From Penicillus capitatus (taxonomy: Eukaryota > Plantae > Chlorophyta), in contig OZ287703.1 in assembly GCA_965649825.1 (NCBI GenBank), positions 1,111,722-1,175,721 of the forward strand: a stretch of 64,000 nt of DNA, read 5' to 3'. The notes below the pieces were generated by a model. The model was not told the origin of the DNA. It made no database searches and saw only the letters and a program-made list of their open reading frames with translations. This document shows positions 1-12,159 of this stretch, piece by piece. Within the stretch, counting starts at the first letter, position 1; each line of letters opens with the position of its first letter. The translations under genes and the position numbers were made by a program.

Positions 1-2
1 GA

Positions 3-347
3 CTTTGCGGAACAGATGGCGGCTTGACTGTCGAATTGGAGGTGTTCGAAGTGTCTGAAGAAGATTTTAGCGTTCCTCTGAATACGTTAGCGAGTCATGC
101 CAAGTCCTTTACGAAACAAGATGGTCAGCGGCTGGAGCTCATGTTAAACAGGCCCGTACCACTGGTTCCCGGAAAATACTACATGCTCAGTGCACTGATC
201 AAAGGAACGGAATCGCATTGCTGTGAGGACTGTATGGATGTTGTCATTGCTGGAGGTGTGAAATTTACATTTCACATCTGGGAATCACCAAATGGCACAA
301 ACGAACAGCGCGGACAGTTTCCAGAACTGTACATCCGTGTGAAGTGA
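3..347 (+). CDS. 3' end of a PHR-domain protein (BTB-BACK-PHR / E3-ligase type), 5'-truncated by the window
   Basis: C-terminal ...GVKFTFHIWESPNGTNEQRGQFPELY matches the PHR-domain ending (S-x-NGT...GQ-x-P-x-L); TGA at 345-347. Confidence 0.7.
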   Translation, partial: LCGTDGGLTVELEVFEVSEEDFSVPLNTLASHAKSFTKQDGQRLELMLNRPVPLVPGKYYMLSALIKGTESHCCEDCMDVVIAGGVKFTFHIWESPNGTNEQRGQFPELYIRVK

Positions 348-961
348 CGGACACATATCATACGATGGTTCCGGCACCGTCGTGCTGCTCGGTCGGCCGG
401 AAGAGAGGGCGATGGCCGCAATAATAAACATTTGATTGTGTGACCTGCACATCGTCTCCTCTTGTCACAGAAAGTGTGACGGACTCGTCGTGGTATACAT
501 GTGTTCGTACGTCTGAGAGAGTGAGCATGTGTGTGTGAACCATCCAAGAAAAACATGTTGAGCAGTCTTGATTCTTTTGATCTGCTGTCCGCTGCTTCTC
601 TTTCAACGACAACTGGATTGAACGAACAAACAAACATGTCTGATGAGAAATCCGAGACAGCACAGCTCATGGCAGCTGTCGGTCACACAAAAGAAGGATA
701 GTCCTAACGCATCTCATGGGAATGTCTAGAAACGTGTGAAGCTTCATCGGAAAAAGGCCAAGCAGAGCACGACGCCTAAGAACGGCTCGAGGAATACAAA
801 ACGTGATGCCGACCGCAAAGAGAGAGCACGAAAGCGCCGTGAGATATATGCACAGAACACAATTGCTTATATGTTTGCAGTGTCTCACTCTTTTGGAGAA
901 AGTGTGATGTCTGCGGTTAGGTCTTTTCTCAAGGCACAACATCCATCTGACACCGTCTAGA

Positions 962-1991
962 TCACTTGTCTTTGGGTGGTATGCTGCAATGCGTGGCATC
1001 TGGGGCACAGTTCTCATATAACTGTCGCTGCTTTGAATGACTTGTCTCTTCAAAACAAGCGCAACGTTTCTTCTCGTCTGCTCCAGGGAAGTACTCAACC
1101 ACCAGGCGTGGATATCCCACCTTGCACCATACTTCACCACCTGCCTCCATTCCTGCATCACGGATATGAAGCCTTGCTGTATGCGCATACCTTTGCCCTG
1201 CGCCCATCGCGAGTTGCAGGTGGGATTTAGCTTCTTAGCAGCTTCTCTTTGGGCCTTGATCTCCTCGGCTTGACGTGCACCTTCCTCCACGGCCTTCAGT
1301 GCATCGGTCGGTCGTCCCTGGTCATCGTAGAAGGGGCCAATGACGTAACCTTTCAAACCATACTCCTACACCAGTCCCATCATTCAGCAGAGAAAGAGCG
1401 CGATCGTGCCGTGTGATCTCGAAAGAACTGCCTCCATTCGACCAGTCCTCCCTGCTTCTCCGCATTGAAATCTGTCACATCATCTGTCACGTCTTTGACG
1501 AATTCACCCGTAATGTATGCTCGGGAGCCATCTTTTCCGACAAAGCAATAATACCCCTTGTCCATTCCTAAAGATCTCACTCTTTTTCTGTGTGCATGCA
1601 TCCCACAATACATACCGTAGTACTGTTCGCCCTTAGACACATCGTACACTTCACCCAGGATGCCGATGTACAACGGAGCTCCTTCCACTCCATTGAACTC
1701 CGCCAATTCCTCTTTGGTAAAAAGCTTCTGCACAAAGCATGCATATCTCAGGGACAAGACAGACGTGTGAGAGAAGAGACAGGTCGAGCAGGATCAAGGT
1801 GATCCAGATTGTTCACGACGAAGAGAATGATGACGGTCGCAATCAAGAGAAACACAAAGTCAAAAGAAAACAACCCCGGCGGTTGTCTTTTCTCCTCGGC
1901 CCCTCCTATCCAGCGCACTCCACCATCTCCAGCAGCAGAACGATGCCAAGCCTACGGAGATGCGACGGCGAAGTTTCGGTGTTGGATCCAT
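962..1991 (-). CDS. Cytochrome b5-like heme/steroid-binding protein (MAPR / neuferricin-CYB5D2 type), multi-exon, N-terminal TM
   Basis: LFTKEELAEFNG...LYIGILGEVYDVSKG..YY, FVGKDGSRAYITGEF and C-terminal CNSRW..GKG/GEVWC..GYPR...RCACF; TM segment FVFLLIATVIILFVV; includes a GC-AG intron at 1366-1409; start codon uncertain. Confidence 0.85.
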
Positions 1992-2075
1992 CCTTCGCCT
2001 CGGGCGCATGGACGTTGCGTTGACGCATGTCACCACTGTCGCTGCCACGCATTATCGACACGATCGATTCATTAC

Positions 2076-2105
2076 GTATCGATCGATCGATCGATCGCTC
2101 GATAC
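2076..2105. repeat. Near-perfect 30-bp palindrome built on (GATC)n
   Basis: gtatcgatcgatcgatcgatcgctcgatac, lying between two divergently transcribed genes. Confidence 0.85.
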
Positions 2106-2188
2106 GGTCGATCTACGATTGTTCATCATCGGTTGTTCGACTACCGTGTCATTTAGATCGTGTGGAGCGTATTACGTCGCGTTGTGGC

Positions 2189-3846
2189 ATGAAGAAAATG
2201 CGACGCTGCGTTCTCCTTGCGTGCATCGTCCTTGCTGCGTTCCTCGTCACAGCCAACGAGGCCGCCGAGACTGGCACGCACAAGCCTTACTCCTACGAAA
2301 AGGATGAACGGTGAGCGCCTCGCCTCCGTCGCGTCTGTCGATCTTATGCCGCCAACGTTTGCGTAGTCCAGTGCTGATTCCAGGCCAAGCATGGCGTCAT
2401 AACTGCGACCGTCGTCCTTACATAGCGTTCTTGACCTTGGACGGTGGCGGTCTGCGTGGAATTATCTCGTCGACGGTGTTGGTGGAAGTGGAGAAACAGA
2501 TCAAGCAATACGTCTTGACAAATCTTGAAGATTTCGATTTGGCGAACCCTCCACCGGGACGCGAGAAAGAATCCTACAACTACAACACGATCAACGACTT
2601 CTTCATCTACATCGCAGATTTTTTCCACGGAATCGCTGGCATCTCTGCCGGATCGTGGATTTCGGCTTACCTGGTGACGAAGGGCGGCAACGGCCGGGCA
2701 GAAAAAATCCTCCGACATCCATCGATCGTTGAAAAGTACGGCAGCATTCGTGCCGGCGCTGCAGAAGGACTGCGCGTTTTTTTCTTGGAGTACGGTACGC
2801 GTGTCTATCCTCCGGCGTTGTCGCCCATCTCACTAGAGCCACGAGCCTTCGCCGTGCCCCAACCCAAAGTCAAAGGAATCACCAAACCCTTCTTCAATCC
2901 TAAAGGCCTCGAATGGGTCCTCAAAGAGTTCAACGGCGATGTCAAGCTGAGCGAAGTGCATACCTCGCTTCTCGTGGTGACCTTCGATCTCTCTCGCATG
3001 TCTGCCGTCGAGTTCATTGCGGACTACCTGGATGCAAGAATGAACGCGACAGATGATATATATATCAAGCCTGAGATCTACACAGGTGTCTGCATCAGCC
3101 GAAGCGACATAGCTGAAGACCAACGAAAGGCAGTCGAATCGGCCAAGCAGGCCTCAGGATCGGACTCTGTTGAAGAGTGTGGGATACAAGTGGGTTACTC
3201 TGCCATGGAGAAGCTGTGTGGGTTGGATTACTATGTGCGGGATATCGTCCGTGCCAGTTCCGCATTTCCGATGGTCAATCCGTCGAAACTGGTGAAACCG
3301 TTAAACGACGTCACTAACTACTTTGACATGATTGACGGTGCCATGGTGGGCAACAACCCCACGATGCCGGCCATTGCCTGGGCCTTGTCACACAAGTCCA
3401 TCTCATCCTTCACCAAGACCGCCTTCCTCTCGCTGGGAACAGGCTTTGCAGAAGGATCCAGCGAAGAACTGGCAGACGGCGGCGTCGTTCAATGGGCCGT
3501 TCCTTTCATCGGGCTCATCACGGGATCGACGCCAGAGTTTATGCAAGCGCTGATGGACTATGCCTTCTATGTGCAGCGACAGAACAAGGAAGACATCAAG
3601 CCAAACCAACTGCTTCGTATTCAGTTAATAAGAGATGCCTCGACACCCGAAGGCGCTATGTTGCTGAGTATTACCCCTAACCGTCAACAGGCTCTCAAGA
3701 TGGAAGAGATGGCTGAACAACTCGGTGCGCAGTACCGAGAGAATATCTACCAGTTCGTCGAGACCTTCCTCTGCAAGAAGACCGATGCCATATCGAAGGA
3801 AGACAAAAAAGAAGGCGAGAAAGAAGGCGAGAAAGAGGTGGAATGA
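2189..3846 (+). CDS. Secreted patatin-like phospholipase / lipid acyl hydrolase (paralog 1); join 2189-2310, 2367-3846
   Basis: Signal peptide MKKMRRCVLLACIVLAAFLVTA; 56-nt phase-2 GT-AG intron restores frame (1602 nt total); DGGGLRG, GISAG (catalytic Ser), DGAMVGNNP (catalytic Asp), SLGTG. Confidence 0.92.
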
Positions 3847-3920
3847 AACACGTCGGTGTGAAAAGGACCGGATGACTCGGCAGGCATAAGGTCACACATG
3901 TTTACTCTTTTGTCCATACC

Positions 3921-5906
3921 ATGTTATCAAATGTTACCAAATTGCAACGCGACGGGTGTTTATGTGAGCCGCTATTGTACGACAACGCAGCGTTGATCTC
4001 CGGCGTCGTCATGCATCCGGTTCGCCTGACTTTTCGCGAAGTGTGTGTGTCTGGTGGCGACTCGGAAGAATCGCGCAGTTTGAACGATCTCTCTGACGAC
4101 CTGCTCGCGCGCATCTTCGCTTTCGTCGTGGGTCCACTCAAGCGACAGGAGCATTACATTAACAATGGTATCCTGCTTCGGCACGAACACATGCAGCCCA
4201 CAATGGTGTCCAATTTCGATGACTTGGTCGTTCTCAACCTCGTCTGCAAAAGATGGCACGGTATCGTACAGCAGAGGTGCGTGTGAGGCAAAAGAGTGAT
4301 CAGGCATGACTCTTGATAGCGACATAGTCAGGAGCTCTGGAAGAACATACATCTCTCGGCTGTTCTCCTGAGGATTCCTCGCAAGAAGAGCTCCTGGATG
4401 AAAGTCTTCTACTGGATTTCGCGTCATGTGTGGAAGATTGAGTGTCTCCATCTGACGGACGAATCGGCCGTGCGTGACAATACATTGGACGACGTCAAGA
4501 TGGGTGCCCTTTCACTCCTGGGTGTCCATCTCAAGGTCCTGCACTTGGATAACTGCTTTCATCGAGGTTGTGTGGTGATGTGACGGCGGATGGGGTGAGT
4601 GGGGCGTGTTTAGGTGCCAATGCAGATATCTTGGGTATCCTACAGCTGATGCAGAAATTGGAGCAGCTGCAGATTTCGTGCGTCAATCACGATTTTATAT
4701 CGAATGTTCCGGCCCTGTCCCATCTCCGCCGCCTCAAACGTCTTCAGATACAGGTTTTGATGATCGATGGCGTCTGGCGGCCGCCGCCAAAATACATGTA
4801 CGTATAGGGAAACGGAGATTACTGGGATGGCCATTGTCCGGTACTGGCTCTAAAGAGCACAAGCCTGCCGACACAACTCGAAGTCATTTCACTCGCCAAT
4901 GTCCGCGTTCGTGGATTTCATGAAATCATCGATCGTAATGCCACGCCGCTTCTCAAGTCATTCCCTCTCACTCTTCTCACTCTTTGATATCTCCTTCCGC
5001 AGTCTTAAGATCCTCGAACTGGTGTATGTTGAATGGGTCGGGCCATTTGTCACGACGATCGCTCGTCTAGAGGCCCTCCGCAAACTCTACGTCCTCGAAT
5101 GCGACAAGGTGCCGCCCAATCCATCGATCTCTCCCTCTATCGATGCCGTCTTCTAGATTGTGATTGAAGGTATTCCTCCGCAACAGGAGTCCAGTTGGGC
5201 ACATCTCTCCTCGTGCCACCATCTCGAGACCTTTGTCCTGCGCAACGGCCGTTACGGAGATTTCTGTGAGCACATGAGTCATGACTTCTCTGGATTTGCA
5301 GCACTCAGCCATTTGAAAGAACTTGAACTCTGTCCCGAATCGAACGCCCTCGAAGCCTGTCCCTACGTATTTGATGATCACATTGCTGAACTGACCAAAC
5401 TCACGACACTCAAACTGACGAACATTGGCCTCCATGAAGTGCCATTTGCCATAACAGGTCTATACAAGACCACCTCTCCATCTCCTCACCCTTTGTCTTT
5501 GACAGGACTGTCGAAGCTAAGGGAACTGGATTTGACGGAAAACAAACTCGTCTCGCTGCCCTCTCTCAGCGTGTCTTTCGCGACATGTCTACAAAGCCTG
5601 ATCTTAGACTCCAATGCGTTTGCGGAGATTCCCAATCTGATGCAGTACACGTCGTTGACGGAGTTGCACGTTTCCAACAATCCGCTAAAGTTCTACAGAG
5701 ACTGTGATTATCTGGCTTCGCTTCCCTGTCTAAGGGTATTGAGATTGGGCAATCGACGCTTGCTGGACGTGTTTCCCATCTTGAGTGCATCTCAGGTGGA
5801 CGAGATTTGCAAAGATCTGAGGCTGGAGCCCGTCGGCGGATTTCATCTGGGCAGTCTGTGCTCCAGTCTACGTCACAGCAATCCGAAATGTCGTCTGTTG
5901 ATGTGA
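3921..5906 (+). CDS. F-box / leucine-rich-repeat protein, multi-exon
   Basis: F-box-like LNDLSDDLLARIF...LVCKRW; repeated LxxLxL motifs (LKVLHLDNC, LKILELVY, LRELDLTENKL, LQSLILDSNAF, LTELHVSNNPL); start may be 4010. Confidence 0.85.
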
Positions 5907-6579
5907 CGTCCGCTCGCCGCTCGCCCTCATCTGTCTTTCATGTACATTCCGCAGAGCATCACCAACAGAAAGAAAACCGACGTTCGCTCTGCAGAGCAGT
6001 GTTTTTGGAAGAAGCAAGTCATTAGCAAAGCATTCTATTCTATCTTTATTTTTACTTTATCGCGGGGCATTCAGGAAAGAATAAACCTTTCTAGAGGTTG
6101 GAACTGCCATTTCGGGTCACTTTGGGAAAATCTGTAGACTGTATCCGTGACTGGAGCGCGAAAACCGTTGGCAGATTGCATGGTGTTATTGCTGTTGCCG
6201 GAGGCCTTTCCGCACAGACGTCGATCGACGGACGCGAAAAGTGTGAGAACAACATTGCACGGAGATCACACTCGTCCCCCAACCGTTTCCAAGAGACGCA
6301 TCACAGAGAACACAATACTTACGCCTCTTAGATTTGTTTCAGAAAAGAGTGAGATACAGAAAGAAGAAATCACACTTTAACGTGGCGATCTCCGAAAGCA
6401 CGCGATCTTAACTTCTGCCATTCGCGTTTTTTACAGAACAGCGTTGGATCCTCGCCAGAATTGTATCCGTGTCGTCGAATAGAAAAACGACTCGGACGAC
6501 AACCGCTAGCAGCACGGTGCATCGCTGTCGTTGTTGAGGATATCATCAAACGCAGAGGCCGTCGTATCTTGCAACCATT

Positions 6580-8084
6580 CTACAGACAAGCACAGGATGT
6601 CGCGTTTTGTGTGATAGGAGTGAGAAGGATTGTTGGACCTCCCGCCAGAAGATTTGCCCAGTCGGATCCTGGAATGCCGTCCATGATTCCTGTCCAAGCA
6701 TCCTGCGAAAAACATCCGCTACGAGATGGCTCGTCCTCTCTCTCGTCGTTATTTGCGCCGTCGCGTTCTCGCGTCTCTCCGTTCGCTACGGTTGAAAAGA
6801 CAGGCGACGTGTCCTTTGCGATCTCCGCTCGAATGCCGTCCCCACACAGCGCCTCTTGTCCGTAACAACCGTCATGGTAATGCGATCCATGACTGCCATA
6901 GACATTCCAGTGGAGAGCCTCTTTGTTGTCGAAGCAGATGGGCACATCACTGCCCAGCAGAAGCTGCGTGTAGAGGTCGACGGCTGGAGCGTCATTGGAG
7001 CACTCGTCGTAGCCGATGAGTGCATCGTATGGACGGAGATTTTCGCTGGAGGCGGCTCGACTGCAGGACGGTTCGTCGAATGGACGACACCATGTCTCCG
7101 AAAGCGCGTCTTCTGAATGAAGTTCGGCGCTGGCGTCCTCTACATGGGCGCTGTCTTGATTCCGGCTGCGTTTCTGACGCTCCTCCATCTGCTGCTCGTA
7201 GGATTCCTCAGACATCTCGATGTTCTCGTCTTTGTACCGCGAAAGAGCGAAGTTTGTCACAGCCTGCATCGCAAGCACGCACGCACACTTTAGACGATCC
7301 TCATAGAGTGCGAGACGCTATACGCGTTTTCCGCGAAATTTGATGGCGGCACGGTCGTAAGCTTCAGCGGCGGCTTCTTCGGAATCGAACGTGCCCAAGT
7401 ACTGCAGCCAAGTGTATGACAAGACGTTTGGCGGCGGCGGCAGCGACGCCGAGAATGTGTTACCAAGTATTTATTGCCAGCCACGCGGCCTATCCTCGCT
7501 TCCCATTTGCCATGTTGGTGATGACGCGTGACGCCACGAAACTTCGAAGCACCTCGCGAAAATCCAGTGCTGCTGCGTCGCAACATCGCCACGACTTCCT
7601 CCTTGTTCATCGACTCCAGCATCTCCCTCTCCGAATCGTAATCCGATACATGAAACTGAACACACAGCACGACACGTCGCCGCTGTCCCATTGCCACAGA
7701 CAGAGACATTACGTTTAAAATGGCCGTCGGGCCCCAGTACGATACAGCCGCACGATCATATGCCTTGGCCGCTTCGATTTCGTTGGCAAAACCGCCTGGC
7801 AGCAAAACGACGTCTTCGTTGCGAGAAAAGCGTCATGTCATGACCGACCGAGATACACTTGCTTGCCACGTGTGCGTCCTTTCGCTCCTTTTATCTTGCG
7901 CACCACACTCGAATCCCAGAGATGCGCTTCGAACTTGCCCGTCCACCGATGTCTGCGTATATGTCGGCTCTCAGCCGAAGTCGTTGTTACCAAGAGACAG
8001 GCGTCATCACTTCGTCACGCCTCTGAATTGCGATGATCCTGCCTTGTTCTTTCCTTTCTGAGCCACACGCTTTGTTTCGTTCAT
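6580..8084 (-). CDS. Double-AP2-domain transcription factor (ANT/WRINKLED-like), multi-exon
   Basis: [22 protein letters not shown]...[21 protein letters not shown]; linker [44 protein letters not shown]; FRGKR/AVTNF; frame is open further upstream so start uncertain. Confidence 0.92.
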
Positions 8085-8414
8085 AACGCACCAAACATCT
8101 CCCACCACACCAGCGGCTCTGAGATCACACTCGGCGATCGACCAACGATAGCAGCCATGCAGCATTGGCGACATGGCGTTGAGGAATGGCCTTTTCTGTG
8201 CGAATGGATGGAATAAGAATGTGGATGAGGGATGGAGATGGTGGAGGAGAAAGAATAGACCTTCGGTCGAAAGAATCGTTGACGGCCGTCTCGGTGATCA
8301 CGAAAAAACGCCGTTCATGTGACCATTAATTCGCCGAGATCGGACGTTCCGTCAACGCATCGATTCGTCGCGACGTTTGCGTCCATCGCGCACCGACCAC
8401 TGCACGATCTCGCT

Positions 8415-9918
8415 ATGGATGATACGGAAGGAGGGTCGGCCTTGCCGCCCATGGAACCGCGCTTCGTCAATAAAGCCCTCCGTGCTCCAGCCCATTGCCC
8501 AAACGATCCACAAGCGTGGTTGCGGGGTTCCACCCATCCCTATGCTCCCTTTTTCGGAAACGCCCTCACATGGGAGAGCCTTGTTTATGACGACGGCACC
8601 ACGTCAGATCTTCTCTCCCTGGCAGAATCCTGACTCCGTTATCGGTTCAGTTATGAAGGGCTTTGTCGCGAAGAGGCTCCACACGGCAAAGGCATCTTGC
8701 ATATAGGCTACGGACCTGGCGGCGGTATTCAGGACACGTTGAGGGGAGACAAGTAGATAACGCCAGCCACGACGGCGCCTCTCTAGATGCCGCTGTCGAC
8801 TAGGTATGAGGGTGAATTCTATGCGGGTTTTGCCCATGGCATCGGACAGTACACCTCGCGTCAAAGACGGGAGATCTACCGTGGGGAGTTCTACGCTGGC
8901 AAACGTCAAGGGTGTGATATTTTGACCTGTCTGTCCACTCCTTCTACTGAAGTGTGATCTCAGGTGTGGAATGTTGCTTAACTACGGGCCATACCAACGT
9001 CTTGTCAAAAAAGGGGAGAGTCCAAAGAAGGCCTGGGAGAAGACCAAAGAAAAAATCCTCGCCCGTGCAAAGTACGGAACGTGGAAGAAGGATTATTTTG
9101 TGGCCGAACCAGACGAACGCGGACAAAAATACTGTCACATCAATGAGATCAAGTGTCTTTTCACTCCGTTGCCGAGGAGATGATCCTTTTGATCGCGATG
9201 TCTGTAGGGGAACACTGGAAGAAGTCGAATCTGTGTTGACACAGGCACGGATGTTTCAGTGGAAGCCAGACGGAGAAGTAAATGCCTTTGATCCCGCGTC
9301 GTTTTGTGATGTGACGGCGTGTCTCAGGTGACATATTTTTTTGCTCAGGACGCGAACGGAATGCCGCTGAACCTGCTGCAAGATCCTCTGCATTACCCCT
9401 ACGGCACAAAGTTTCTGGCGCCGGGTCCTTTGGGTCAGTGTTTCAATATACCCGATGACGAGGATCTGCAGAAAACCTTGTTGAACCATGCCGAGAACTA
9501 TCAACGGATTCATGACATGTACAACCTGGATTACGATCCAGCACCTGGATCCAACCTGTACAAAGCCCTGGAGTACAAAGCGAAGGTGTGCATCTGTGTT
9601 GGTGTCCGTTCGCCTGAGCCGTGGCGTGAGTAGAGGAGAAAGAAGGCGTTAGCAAAGAAGCAGCAGATGGCAGAGAAGACGGCCAGCGCACGAGCGCTTC
9701 CAAAAAAGAAGTGAGCATCGAGAGAGATGCATGGGTATGGTGGATATGGAATGTGATGTGACAGGAGTGCAGCGCCGGCGAGTGTGTCTGCCGCGTCCAT
9801 GGCGATGGGTATTGCGCAGAGATTTGGGAAGACATTGAATCAATGGGGTGAGAATGTGGCGACGGCCGTTCGTCAAAGACCTCCGTTGTCGACCCGACCC
9901 CGCCCTTCAGAAAAATAA
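8415..9918 (+). CDS. TIC100: MORN-repeat chloroplast import component TIC100/EMB1211-like, 8 exons
   Basis: YDDGT/TYEG..PHGKG, YEGEFYAGFAHGIG, YRGEFYAGKRQG/CG MORN repeats; ARMFQWKPDG and DPLHYPYGTKFLAPGPLGQ resemble recalled TIC100 motifs (ARMFVNKPDG; DPQHPYF...MAPGFINQ). Confidence 0.75.
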
Positions 9919-11049
9919 GATGCAATGATAACGCTCACACGGCACAACGTCTTTTCAGTTTTGTGGACAATTGATCTGGGTAATGACATGTGCAAAATGG
10001 GCCAAGGAGGCGGCGAGGCCACAGAGATGACGACCCAGATGACATCCACGCCACACATCGACAGCAATCAACCATCCGGCAGACGACAGGGATACCTCCT
10101 TCAAGACATGTGCCTCAGATACGACACTCTCGAAAGGAATGCAGAAGATCTGCGTTCAGACACAGCCACCCTCTGAGTCTCACTAATATGGTGGGTATCC
10201 ATCTCACTGACCGTGCATGCGGAAGCTACGACCAGAAGGAGGGAGATGCAACGGGCTGCGGCATTGGACGCTGACGGCTTTGCGTAGGCGTGACTACCGC
10301 AGACCCCGTTTGCTGAGATTGGAACGTACTGTGTGTCTTACTGAGCCGTGTGGGCGATCCAGGAGAGAAGAAGTAGTGTCTGTGTGAGGCGACCTGTATC
10401 CATGGCCATTGAAAAATGCACAGCCGTCGGGCAGTCGTTACAGAACACCATACGCGTCGATGTCCACACATAGCCAAAGAGCAGGGCAAAAACACACCAT
10501 CCGCCCAGGAATCCCTACAACGATCCGTATCTCAGGGCTGCATCCCTCGGGTCAACATCGCAGACATGGAAGAGATGACTCAGAACCTGGCAACATCGAG
10601 CGATGGCATCCGATGCCGAAACCACACTGGCTTCCACCGCTGACGACAGTCGATGTGTTAAAGCACGATGCCTGTCGGCGAGAGAGTGCCCACCCTGTTG
10701 CTGACATGGACTGCTCCACTCAGGCGTGATCTCCTCAAACGATCCTGATCACCATGCACCGTTTCGTTCATCGAAAGCGCACGGGCCAGTCATCTCTGCA
10801 TGACCTCGAGGTCCGGATGGTGCGTAGTACTTAACGACGACCGCCGGCATATGCATGGTAAACAGCTTGGATGGTGTGCGTCTCATGTGAGCTGACCTCC
10901 ACACATCATGGCATTTAAACGAACGATTCGCGTTGGGGTTTGTCTTCAGTGAGGCTGTGCATTGGTTACCGTTTCGCCGATTCTTTGCAAGAAGAGATTG
11001 AGCGTTATCTGCACGTCGCGTTCCGCGTTTCTCCGCATTCGATAGGGCG

Positions 11050-12026
11050 ATGCAGTCGACAGGTGTCCGACCGTACTTTGAGAAAACGATGACGTCGTGG
11101 CGCTCCTTCTCGGCGCGACGCGTCCGACACGAGATCGCGGCGTCCATTCAACGCCGAGCCATTGCGTTTCACCCACCAAGACAACAGCAACAGAGAGTTC
11201 TACGTATGCACTATGCACAGAGTCCCATCGACGCATCTCCACAAGTTCGCATCCGCTTCGTGGCCAGAATGGTCACTTCCACTGCCTGTAGCGTGTGGAG
11301 ACGGTGGGCGAGGTCATGACAACGGGCGTCATCTATACCGTCTTCCCAGACACGCTTGTGATTGACGGTCTCCTGTCGTGCATCTGAGGTTTGTCGGTGT
11401 GAGAAAGATGTGACGGTGTAGCGCTGAAATTGGTGGTGGAGAAACGCATTACGGGTATGCCAGTGGTCAACCGAGAAAACCAAGTGGTTGGCGTGGTGTC
11501 CGATTTTGACCTCCTGGCCATCGACTTGAGAAATGAGACGCGCTCAACGAATATCTTTCCATCGATCGAACAATCTTGGGAGGTTCGCGATGACAGCGAC
11601 AGCTCAGTGCCTCTTTCTTTCCTGTATCCACAGGTCTTCCATGACTTGCAGAACATGATTGAAAAGTCCGCGGGCAAAATGTACGTCCGCCGCCTTTGGC
11701 GAAGACGTCAAAGATGTGACGTCGCTGATTTGTAGTGTGGAGGATGTGATGACGGATGATCCGATTGTGGTCAGAGCTGAGACAAGCATCCATTCAGCTG
11801 CCCTCCTGCTCATGAGGACCCGGACGCGACGGTGATGTCGCCGACAGGCGATTAAATTGACGGTTGACGTTGCATGACGTGTAGATTGCCTGTGGTTGAC
11901 AGTGAAGGTCTATTAGTGGGTCTGCTGACACGTCGCGATATTGTGACGGCTGCTCTTGCGGCACGTCGACAACATCCAGAAGCTTTTCCGTCAGAAGACG
12001 GCGATCTCCTAAGCAGCGTCTCGTGA
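11050..12026 (+). CDS. CBSX: Chloroplast CBS-domain protein (CBSX1/2-like), multi-exon
   Basis: Arg/Ser-rich transit peptide; TVGEVMT, ALKLVVEKRITGMPVV...VVGVVSDFDLL, VEDVMT.DPIVVR, LPVVDSEG.LVGLLTRRDIV. Confidence 0.9.
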
Positions 12027-12126
12027 GAATACCGAGCTTGTCTATTTGATTGTGTCCCTGTTCGCTGAACAAGTGCTTTGAAAATTTGTTTGAACAACGG
12101 TCTGTTATCAACGCTTCCTGTGGCAG

Positions 12127-12136
12127 AACTTCCGCT
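12127..12136 (-). terminator. Candidate snRNA 3'-box (AGCGGAAGTT) downstream of the variant U1
   Basis: Identical 10-mer 24 nt beyond stem-loop IV in both U1 genes; function inferred from position only. Confidence 0.5.
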
Positions 12137-12159
12137 TATGGGTTGCTGGGTAATGGGGA

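Noticed and set aside
4290-4316. AAGAGT...ACTCTT hairpin within an F-box gene intron
   Set aside because: Only a 6-8-bp stem seen in a single intron; not reproduced in other motif-bearing introns
9925-10950. Possible gene between TIC100 and CBSX
   Set aside because: Several short ORFs on both strands, but no recognisable domain or consistent exon chain could be built
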